Shown here piece by piece: positions 1 through 7,595 of a stretch of 29,040 nt of DNA. Each line of letters starts with the position of its first letter. Position 1 is the stretch's first letter. The translations under genes and the position numbers were made by a program. The notes under the pieces are model-generated. The model searched no databases. It was not told the origin of the DNA and was given only the letters and a program-made list of their open reading frames with translations. Origin of the DNA: Leptospirales bacterium (lineage in GTDB: Bacteria; Spirochaetota; Leptospiria; Turneriellales; JAOUFE01); assembly GCA_040326155.1 (NCBI GenBank), contig JBEQLE010000057.1, forward strand, positions 1 to 29,040, in the 5' to 3' direction.

Positions 1-1
1 C

Positions 2-2530
2 CTGCGAGAAGTACGTTTGCTCGGCCCGGATGATTTTTTTGGAGCGCCGGTAGTTACCTATTATGGCCCCGGAGAAATGGACGCCAGTGGAAATACAACA
101 CCGATCGATACAATCGCCAGAGAGAGCGCCAATGGAGTAATTACCCATATTGGATATGACCCTGAAACACTACAGGCGAAATCACTAAAAACGACACTAC
201 CGGGCGCGGAAAATCCGGTGCAAAATCTGACGTATAGTTATTATGATTCCGGCGACATAAAAACCATTATCGACAATGAAGATTCCACAAGAACTCAAAA
301 CTTCAACTACGATGCAAACTTTCGACTGACCTCAGCAACAGGAATTTACGGTAACCTGACCTACCAGTATTCCGCAGAAGGAAACCTGACCCAGAAAGGT
401 TCTTTAGGAATAAAGTATGGAAATCAGTGCGCTACACCTGGACCAGTAGGAGCAGCCTGTGAAGACACGTCTGGCAACGTCTATAAATACGACTTGAACG
501 GAAACATGATAAACCGGAAAGGGCGAGACCTGATCTACGACGCAGAAGACAGGTTAATAGAAATACAAGCCGGTGGTGTTGTAAAACAGAAATATATATA
601 CGATCATTCGGGAAGTCGAGTTGTAAAGAAACGCGAAGACGGAACAGTCGTATACAACGTTGATGGGTTATACGAAATCTTAGTGAAACCCGGCAGCCCG
701 TTGGTATATCGTACAAAATACATCTATGGAGCAGAGGGAGACCTCGCAGCGCAGATTACAAGAGAAGGAATTCTGGAACATGTGCAAGCTGCGTCTGCAA
801 AAATCGTAGAACTGGCCAGCGCCGGTTTTGTAACGAAACTCTTCGTAAAGACCAAAGAAACAATAGGCAAACATTTTGCACAAACCAGAACGCCGGTAGT
901 ACTTTATCTAATTATAATATTGATCGCAGCATTGATACTTGCTTTCATCAAAACAAACTTCAAACTGTATCCATTTCGATTCGTAAACGAAAACGGAGCG
1001 AGAGGGCCGACAGCCATCGTATTAATATTTGCCTTTAGCCTGGCAATACTGGGACCAGCATGCCAGGGTCAGGCAAGTGGTGAGGTTGAACCAGTTTCAT
1101 GGATAGATTTACCAGTTGGCGGATATGTGGATATACCAGATGTCGGCCAGGACCCGGGAACCAATAATGATACTGCGTTAAATGGGCAGCCAACCATAGG
1201 AGCATTTTTCCTTCATCCGAATCATCAAGGGTCGACTTCGTTGATTACGGATGCGTATGGTGCGCTGGTTTCTGAAATACACTATAAACCGTATGGAGAA
1301 ATATATCGGCCTGCGTCGAATGGGGAAGATATTTCTCGGAATAAATATACCGGTCAACAAGAAGACGTGGAATCGGAGCTTATGTACTACGGATCTCGAT
1401 TTTACGACCCGGCGATTGGAAGATTTATATCGGCTGATACGATAATCGATTCTGGCGCAGGGAACATGGGGTTTAACCGGTATATGTATGTTGCCGGAAA
1501 TCCGGTGAACTATACGGATCCGAGTGGGCATTTTCTTGTAACTGCGATTATTATTGGTGCGATTGTTGGTGCTGTAGTTGGCGGTACCCACGGACAAGTC
1601 TTCAATCAACAGGCATGGGAAAATTTTGATGGAGAAAGCGCTCTTCTAGGGGCCGTAATCGGGGCAGTTTCGGCTGTGGCCGGTTGGGCTGTTGGTACGG
1701 CAGTTATCGGAACCGGGGGGGCCGGTGCACCTATTTTGGGACATGCTCTTGGAAGTGCCACTAGTGGCACCGTAAACAATGGCCTAATGGCAGCCGTAAA
1801 TGGTGGCGATATTGGTGAGGCTATGAAAGTAGGGTTTACCTCTGGATTACTGGGTGGTTTTGTATCCGGTGGTTTCTTATTGTCTGGCGTACCCATCATG
1901 AGTGCATCGACTATAGCAAATGCGGCCGGCGGTTCTGTCTCAGGATTTGTTGGAGCAGCTATGACAGGCGGAGACGTTGGTATTGCCGCACTCGCCGGTT
2001 TCGGTTGGGGATTTGGATCAGCATGGGCAAGTGGGATCCTAAATCGAGAGTTAATGACAGATGGAGTTATTAGGGATAATAAGGCAATGATTAAAACTGG
2101 TGAAAAAGATGCAAATGGAAATGATGTATATGAGCCAGTAAAGAAGGGGGCTATCGTTGGTTTAAAGTCAGTGAAAGGTGACAGATTAGCTTGGTTATGG
2201 TCAACGCTCGTCGGTGGTTACTCCCATGCCAGTACTGTAGGAGATGATCAAGGGAGCTTGTACCAATATGGTACGAAAAATCCATACAATATGAGTGGCA
2301 GGGGATTTAAAATATTAGGTTATACCAACACACCACTCGATTTAACTGCTACCCGATTACATCCGAATTATACAAGTTATAAAAGAACACCTACCGGCGT
2401 TTACAATAGTATGACAAATAATTGCACAACTACATTATCGCAAGGATACGGACTGCCAAACATGTGGACTCCGTATAATGTTCACAGTTATTATAATTAC
2501 ACGAACAGTGCATTTTGGCAGCCATGGTGA
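2..2530 (+). CDS. Rhs/YD-repeat polymorphic toxin, 5'-truncated by the window edge; C-terminal putative permuted papain-like toxin domain
   Basis: The frame is open from position 2. YD repeats (FNYDANFRL, YKYDLNGNM, IYDAEDRL) precede the Rhs-associated core (HPNHQGS..ITD, YKPYGE, KYTGQQED.ESELMYYGSRFYDPAIGRFISAD, NRYMYVAGNPVNYTDPSG at ~1517-1528). A Gly/Ala-rich hydrophobic region and a variable tip follow. Confidence 0.93.
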   Translation: MREVRLLGPDDFFGAPVVTYYGPGEMDASGNTTPIDTIARESANGVITHIGYDPETLQAKSLKTTLPGAENPVQNLTYSYYDSGDIKTIIDNEDSTRTQNFNYDANFRLTSATGIYGNLTYQYSAEGNLTQKGSLGIKYGNQCATPGPVGAACEDTSGNVYKYDLNGNMINRKGRDLIYDAEDRLIEIQAGGVVKQKYIYDHSGSRVVKKREDGTVVYNVDGLYEILVKPGSPLVYRTKYIYGAEGDLAAQITREGILEHVQAASAKIVELASAGFVTKLFVKTKETIGKHFAQTRTPVVLYLIIILIAALILAFIKTNFKLYPFRFVNENGARGPTAIVLIFAFSLAILGPACQGQASGEVEPVSWIDLPVGGYVDIPDVGQDPGTNNDTALNGQPTIGAFFLHPNHQGSTSLITDAYGALVSEIHYKPYGEIYRPASNGEDISRNKYTGQQEDVESELMYYGSRFYDPAIGRFISADTIIDSGAGNMGFNRYMYVAGNPVNYTDPSGHFLVTAIIIGAIVGAVVGGTHGQVFNQQAWENFDGESALLGAVIGAVSAVAGWAVGTAVIGTGGAGAPILGHALGSATSGTVNNGLMAAVNGGDIGEAMKVGFTSGLLGGFVSGGFLLSGVPIMSASTIANAAGGSVSGFVGAAMTGGDVGIAALAGFGWGFGSAWASGILNRELMTDGVIRDNKAMIKTGEKDANGNDVYEPVKKGAIVGLKSVKGDRLAWLWSTLVGGYSHASTVGDDQGSLYQYGTKNPYNMSGRGFKILGYTNTPLDLTATRLHPNYTSYKRTPTGVYNSMTNNCTTTLSQGYGLPNMWTPYNVHSYYNYTNSAFWQPW

Positions 2531-2535
2531 TTGTT

Positions 2536-3063
2536 ATGAAGAACTTAATTTTATACAGCATGATTATTGCTCTGGTAATTTTTTTTCGATGCTCGGATAG
2601 ATCGGCTTTGATTAAAAATACTAAATCCAGTCAGCCCAGGTACACTATAGAAAATCTAAGTTACGAGCTTAAACATCGATTTCTGGGTCCCCTATTTACG
2701 AAAGTTCAAGATCCTATGTTTAGTGAAAAGTTTGAAATAAAAGTGGTTGTACAGATGCTAGAAGCTGGCTGGGTCTTAGATAGACTATTAATTGATTACG
2801 ATGGAATTAGAAAACGAACTGTAAAGAATGACGAAATTCATGCGATACGGAATAGCCTTAAAGAGTTCTATGGTAATGATGTTAGTTTTGATGCACACGA
2901 AATAGAAGTGATTCCAATTATACCAATATTTTTAAGACGCTCGACGGATAAAGATACTTACACCAAAACTATTAATTTATACTGGGGTGGACCGGCACTA
3001 AACTACTTTGTGATTACAGTAAAAGACAAAGAAATGCTAATACATTATTTCAAGCCCAAATAA
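2536..3063 (+). CDS. Putative lipoprotein, candidate cognate immunity protein (175 aa)
   Basis: ATG lies 5 nt after the Rhs stop. MK plus a hydrophobic stretch ends in Cys19 (VIFFRC). Paralogous to 3171-3698. The immunity role is inferred from position only. Confidence 0.75.
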   Translation: MKNLILYSMIIALVIFFRCSDRSALIKNTKSSQPRYTIENLSYELKHRFLGPLFTKVQDPMFSEKFEIKVVVQMLEAGWVLDRLLIDYDGIRKRTVKNDEIHAIRNSLKEFYGNDVSFDAHEIEVIPIIPIFLRRSTDKDTYTKTINLYWGGPALNYFVITVKDKEMLIHYFKPK

Positions 3064-3093
3064 TTAAAGTTGATAGTGTATAGAATCTACAGA

Positions 3094-3165
3094 AATATGT
3101 GGACGCCGTATAATGTTTATAGTTATTACAATTATACTAATAGTACTTTTTGGCAACCTTGGTAG
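3094..3165 (+). repeat. Diverged duplicate of the last 23 codons plus stop of the Rhs gene (2459-2530); contains a 22-aa micro-ORF at 3097-3165
   Basis: NMWTPYNVYSYYNYTNSTFWQPW* versus NMWTPYNVHSYYNYTNSAFWQPW*; 14 of 72 nt differ by manual alignment. Confidence 0.95.
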
Positions 3166-3170
3166 ACTAT

Positions 3171-3698
3171 ATGAAACTTATAAAAATATCAATATTTTGG
3201 CTTATGCTAGGCGGCATCGTGCAGTGTGCCAATAGGACCGATCTTACGAAGAAAAATAAAATAAAAAGCCCGGCTTATGTAATTCAAAATATCGATTATA
3301 ATTTTAAATCAAGATTATTCGGACCACTGTTTAAAAAATCGCCGGATTGGATGTTTAGCGTAAGAATTGAAATCTCAGTAACATTAAAAATACTAGAACC
3401 GGATTGGGCTCTTCAGAAAGTTATAGTTAATTATGACAAGATCCGCAATAGAAATCTAAAGGCAGAAGAACGCACAAAGGTTAAAGATAAGTTAAAAGAG
3501 ATTTATAACTCTGAGCAGAAATTTTTTGAAAACAAAATAGAAGTTATTCCGATTGTACCAATATTTGTAAAACGAAAAACCAAAAAAAATGAATATACGA
3601 AAAATGTTAATTTGTATTGGGGTACTGGAGGGTTAAATTATATTGCTGTTACGGTGGATAATAAAGAACTATTTATTCAATGGTTTAGAGCCAAGTGA
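3171..3698 (+). CDS. Putative lipoprotein, orphan immunity paralog (175 aa)
   Basis: Aligns without gaps to 2536-3063 (shared GPLF, MFS, IEVIPI.PIF, YTK..NLYWG, LNY; roughly 40-45% identity by manual count). Cys19 follows a signal-like N-terminus. ATG lies 5 nt after the duplicated tail's stop. Confidence 0.78.
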   Translation: MKLIKISIFWLMLGGIVQCANRTDLTKKNKIKSPAYVIQNIDYNFKSRLFGPLFKKSPDWMFSVRIEISVTLKILEPDWALQKVIVNYDKIRNRNLKAEERTKVKDKLKEIYNSEQKFFENKIEVIPIVPIFVKRKTKKNEYTKNVNLYWGTGGLNYIAVTVDNKELFIQWFRAK

Positions 3699-3770
3699 TA
3701 TAGGTTGAGTACAGCTAAACTTTGTGTACAATTTATCACTACCTTTTTAAATCTGTAGAATAGGTTGCTT

Positions 3771-3965
3771 ATGAAATTTATAATTGAATATGACAACACT
3801 ATTGAGCAACGCTTGCTAACCTATATTGCTGAAGAGCATTCTTTCGATATGGAACCAACTGTAAGTGCGACTGATTTTGAATTAATATTAAATAAGTTAA
3901 GCTTATCTGTTGTTGATAATAAAATTACGCAATCATCCCCTTACGGACATATAATAACATCCTAA
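3771..3965 (+). pseudogene. Probable 3'-truncated orphan (immunity-like) gene fragment
   Basis: Protein-like N-terminus (MKFIIEYD...EEHSFDMEP...FELILNKLSL) that stops after 64 aa, located in the orphan array downstream of Rhs. Confidence 0.4.
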
Positions 3966-4084
3966 GTGGCAGGATAACCGATTAACATGCAAATAATAGA
4001 CCGTCAATTTAAGTTTAAGATAGAGTTTGACTTACGGAATGTCCCTATAAAATAGCATTGAACATATTTTTTATGTTTATCCAT

Positions 4085-4114
4085 GCGGTCCAGAGATGGG
4101 CCGCTTTATGTTTT
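4085..4114 (+). terminator. Intrinsic terminator
   Basis: GCGGTCCA-GAGA-TGGGCCGC forms an 8-bp stem with one G.U pair and a GNRA loop, followed by TTTATGTTTT. The wobble pair favours the + strand. Confidence 0.75.
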
Positions 4115-4697
4115 ATAAAAATAAACATATTAAGTAACTTGCGAACCACCAAACATACAGAATCGTATTGACATAAAAAAGCATAAATGTAGTTAGATAA
4201 TCACCAATAATATTGTTTTTTGAAGATTTGAACATAGATATATGATACCATAAGAAATATCGTAGATGATTTGGCACAATTTGACTTGAACCTTGCGATA
4301 AAAAGTTTTTCCTTTCGCCTATCTTTTGACGATCATATTTGAAATCAATATGCCTACCTTGCGAAGTAATTTCGATATAATTATAGATCTCTTTTCTTTT
4401 GTTCATATACTTTTTGATAATATTAGATAGAGTGATTGAATATTTGCTTTTATGATTATTGAATAAATTCTCGCCCCTGTCGTTTTGATACTCAAACCAA
4501 AACCGCATAAGTAGATAAACATAACCAACAATGCAGGCAACCACCAACACAACCGGCCTACCAATTAAGTTATCTACCGTTTGCCCTGCATATTTAAGAA
4601 GATGAAAATTCAAATCTACGATAAAAGCAACCAATAGGAACCAGTTCACCATTGCAAAGTTACGCAACTTTTTCCCGACTAGAATATCTGTACTCAT
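4113..4697 (-). CDS. Hypothetical membrane protein (about 3 TM helices)
   Basis: Long ORF in very AT-rich DNA with two N-terminal and one C-terminal hydrophobic segment. ATG at 4697 is preferred over the TTG at 4712. Confidence 0.6.
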   Translation of the reverse strand: MSTDILVGKKLRNFAMVNWFLLVAFIVDLNFHLLKYAGQTVDNLIGRPVVLVVACIVGYVYLLMRFWFEYQNDRGENLFNNHKSKYSITLSNIIKKYMNKRKEIYNYIEITSQGRHIDFKYDRQKIGERKNFLSQGSSQIVPNHLRYFLWYHISMFKSSKNNIIGDYLTTFMLFYVNTILYVWWFASYLICLFL

Positions 4698-4759
4698 GAT
4701 TCGATATGTCAATATGTGTAAAACAAGACGTAAAGATTAATTTCGTAATAAATAATATA

Positions 4760-4787
4760 TTGACAAAATACAAGTTTTGATTATATT
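4760..4787 (+). promoter_or_regulatory. Sigma70-type promoter candidate
   Basis: TTGACA (4760-4765), 16-nt spacer, TATATT (4782-4787), with an AT-rich upstream segment. Confidence 0.5.
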
Positions 4788-4914
4788 GTTTAAAGAGGAA
4801 ATTGTACGGATATGCTCTGTATGCGCGATGGGCATGTTGATGTGTAAGAGTCATGAAGATGTACAAAAATATAAAACCGACCTCAAGAAAAGAATATTGC
4901 AAAACGAGAAAGAG

Positions 4915-4951
4915 TAAGGAGGGCAAGCTTCATAAAGACTTGCCTTGCTTA
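4915..4951. terminator. Long hairpin, probable bidirectional terminator
   Basis: TAAGGAGGGCAAG-CTT-cata-AAG-a-CTTGCCTTGCTTA imperfect stem, lying between convergent small units. Confidence 0.55.
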
Positions 4952-4972
4952 GTTTATTGGTTTAACGACCTA

Positions 4973-5140
4973 TCATTTACCGTTGTCACCAAATAATATA
5001 GGTTCAACCCATCTTTGAAATAATTGAAAATGCAATTCAGATCGACGCGAAATTCGCTTTAAATCAGCGTCCATTATTGCAAGAATTCTTTTATCTGCTT
5101 CCTTGATAAGTTTTTCTTGTTCGGATTTGTCTTTAGACAT
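4973..5140 (-). CDS. Small hypothetical protein (55 aa)
   Basis: ATG preceded by AGGA (caggacaagtATG). Charged helical sequence MSKDKSEQEKLIKEADKRILAIMDADL. A hairpin follows the stop. Confidence 0.5.
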   Translation of the reverse strand: MSKDKSEQEKLIKEADKRILAIMDADLKRISRRSELHFQLFQRWVEPILFGDNGK

Positions 5141-5371
5141 ACTTGTCCTGTACTCTGTCAAAAAGCAGCAAGTCGTGCCGCATAACGTGATCTTACAGAT
5201 TAAAACACCTCAAATCAGCAAATTCTCAATAATTCCAAAAATCAGAAAATAATTTTAATAAAATTAGAAACTTGATAATTGAAAGTGATTTATATTCAAT
5301 AAAATGTCAATCTGTTTCTTGTTCGGACGCAACACTTTTACGGCAGAATCACAAAAACAGATAAATAAAAA

Positions 5372-6328
5372 TTAAGCTGCGTCTTTAAATAGACGATCAG
5401 GCTCATAACCAGACCAATAGTAAATATGATGCAATCCATTTAAAACAGGTTTTGATCTTAACTTCGCGTCTGGAGGACGTTCGGCAATAGTTCCACCGAT
5501 CGGGGAATCCATTAAACCGGAATGCATTCTGTGGGTATTATAAAAGGGAATGTATTCATCCAATAATTTTCTTGAATGAAATTCATTTTTCACAATAACG
5601 TGATTGAAAAGATCTTTTCTTAAAGTACCGTTAAATCTTTCCACAAAAGGGTTTTGCCACGGAGAGTGAGCTGCAGTTGGTTTTGATTCAATACCGAAAT
5701 AAACAGGTAAAACTTCTTTAACTCTATTCATAAACATGGAGTCTCGATCATGTATCATATATTTGAAATCGTGAGAATCGCCGAAACAGTTTTTAAGTTG
5801 TTGGACAACCCAATTTTCGCTTGGCTCAAATGTACAGTTATAATGAAGAACTTGTCTACGTTCGTGATCCATAATTATATATACATACAATGGACGAAAA
5901 AGGTCTTTTGCTAACTCGACTTGCACAACCATAAAATCCATCGCAACAACTCTGGAGTTGTACAAGAATGTTTTCCACTTTTGAGATCTTATTGAATCTG
6001 GCTCTAGCTCTTTTTTGAAACCACGAATAATTCTGTAAACAGAAGAGAGAGAAGCATCTTTGATACCGAGTTGAATTAAATTCATATAAATACGAAGACC
6101 ATCGATGGAGAAGTTTTCCAGAAACATTTTTTTAATAATCTCCTTCGTTTCTTCTGAGACCGGAGGTCTACCAGGGGATCTAATAACTTTCCCTGAGATT
6201 TTTGCCCAATACGCTTTAAACCTTTCTTTGTACTTTTGAATTAAAAGTTCCGGACGAAACCTGGCTTTTAAATAAGCAATAATGGAAAATAAGTGAATCG
6301 ATAACGAGATAATTAAGACGGTAAGCAT
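5372..6328 (-). mobile_element. DDE (rve integrase core) transposase-like gene, IS3/IS481-related
   Basis: GRPP plus an HTH region, then the acidic triad AMDF / IHDRDSMF / PWQNPFVERFNGTLR and the C-terminal YNTHRMHSGL motif. No pair of terminal inverted repeats was identified. Confidence 0.85.
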
Positions 6329-6434
6329 TCACTTTAATTGTAAAGTAAATTCTTTTGTAAAGAAATAAACCTTGCCACCAAAAGACGATTGATCGAATGT
6401 TAAAAGTAAAATATTTTGAAAAGTGAGTGAAAGT

Positions 6435-7370
6435 ATGCCAAAAAAAGTCAAATTTTTCATTTTGATGAGTTTATTGCTAATAACAACTTTACATCCAGTA
6501 CGCGTTATATCTGAAAAAGGCATATGTTTTGATCTCGATAAAACAAAGTCTGATATATTATCGAGAGCGGTTCGTTATGGGTGTAATGACTTATTAAAAA
6601 AGCAAATAGAAAAAGGAAAAGATGTCAATTTTGCGACAAAGGAGTTTTACGCTCCTATTTTTTCAGCTATCAACGGATATAATTTGACTGGGCTAGAGAT
6701 TCTACTTAGAAATGGCGCGAATCCCAATATATATTTATATATAAAACATGGAAGAACTCCATTGTCATATACTATTTCTAAAATCAAGACTGACAAAAAA
6801 CCGAAAGAACATGAAGAATTTATTAATAAGACTGTGAAATTATTGATTGAATACGGAGCTAATGTCAATGGGTTAGAACTCGTTAGGAATCCAGCTCTGG
6901 AAGATTCTTATTCTCCTTTACATTATGCAGTCTCTGGAAGTAAATATAATTTAACAAAATATTTACTTCAAGTGGGTGCCGAAGTTAATGGCGCAGGCGG
7001 ACCATCACCTATTTTTGTTTTATCTACTAGGAAAATATTAGTTTTGCTAGTAGAATACGGAATTATTATCAACGTAAGAGATGAACTTGGTAGAACACCA
7101 ATGCATACTGTAAATTTTTTTGGTTTCCAGGAAACAATCAAAGAATTAAAAAACCATGGGTTAGATATTAATGCGCAAGCTGACCAAGGTGAAACACCAA
7201 TTATGTACGCAGTTCTTACCGAAAGGCTAGATCTTGTAAAAGTTTTTGTAGTATTAGGTGTCGATTTAACTTTAAGGAATAAAGATGGACTAACTGTTTT
7301 AGGTGTAGCTTATCAGGAAGGCGCAAAAAAAATAATAGAATACTTAGAGTCAATGGGTGCACCTCGATAA
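6435..7370 (+). CDS. Secreted/periplasmic ankyrin-repeat protein
   Basis: Signal-like N-terminus (MPKKVKFFILMSLLL). Multiple ankyrin repeats (GRTPLSY, SPLHYAV, GRTPMH, GETPIMYAV, LLxxGAxVN). Confidence 0.88.
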   Translation: MPKKVKFFILMSLLLITTLHPVRVISEKGICFDLDKTKSDILSRAVRYGCNDLLKKQIEKGKDVNFATKEFYAPIFSAINGYNLTGLEILLRNGANPNIYLYIKHGRTPLSYTISKIKTDKKPKEHEEFINKTVKLLIEYGANVNGLELVRNPALEDSYSPLHYAVSGSKYNLTKYLLQVGAEVNGAGGPSPIFVLSTRKILVLLVEYGIIINVRDELGRTPMHTVNFFGFQETIKELKNHGLDINAQADQGETPIMYAVLTERLDLVKVFVVLGVDLTLRNKDGLTVLGVAYQEGAKKIIEYLESMGAPR

Positions 7371-7486
7371 ACTGTAGTATGCGCCCCCGTGGATTACCGA
7401 CTTCAATTCCCGGGTTTTTCCTCCACCCGGTTACCCACAATTTTCGCCCATCAGCACTATAAAAAAGGAATCTATATGAAATTGTC

Positions 7487-7595
7487 TATAATACAGTAGA
7501 CGAGCATTTTTTCAAAATATGTTATTTTACTGTATTATAACATAGAGATACGGTAGGTGAGCATTTTCCGAAAATTCATTCAGTTACTGTATTTC
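7487..7595 (+). repeat. Two tandem, related ~52-nt inverted-repeat (hairpin) units
   Basis: Unit 1 (7487-7539): TATAATACAGTA...TACTGTATTATA, perfect 12-bp arms. Unit 2 (7545-7595): GAGATACGGTAG...TTACTGTATTTC, 12 pairs including G.U. Both share GAGCATTTT-N3-5-AAAAT inside. Confidence 0.8.

Noticed and set aside
432..1899. Short ORFs overlapping the Rhs gene on other frames or strands
   Set aside because: Shadow ORFs of a well-supported gene with no recognisable motifs.
2515..2535. TTG-initiated N-terminal extensions of both lipoproteins given in the ORF track (2515 and 3150)
   Set aside because: They overlap the toxin tail. The ATGs at 2536 and 3171 give equal-length proteins with canonical signal peptides.
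3061..3165. The duplicated tail is in frame with lipoprotein 1 across a single TAA, suggesting readthrough
   Set aside because: There is a one-in-three chance of being in frame, TAA is rarely read through, and the paralog ends at the same residue.
5171..5190. GCATAAC / GTTATGC motif upstream of the 55-aa gene, resembling an integron cassette core site
   Set aside because: No complementary attC arm at a suitable distance, no repeated attC sites and no tyrosine integrase; the nearby enzyme is DDE-type.
7530..7545. CTGT-N8-ATAG resembling a proteobacterial LexA box
   Set aside because: It mismatches the consensus, is explained by the hairpin arm, and the host is probably not a proteobacterium.
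7487..7595. Tandem units as a mini-CRISPR array
   Set aside because: Only two degenerate units separated by 5 nt, no spacer-length unique sequence and no cas genes.
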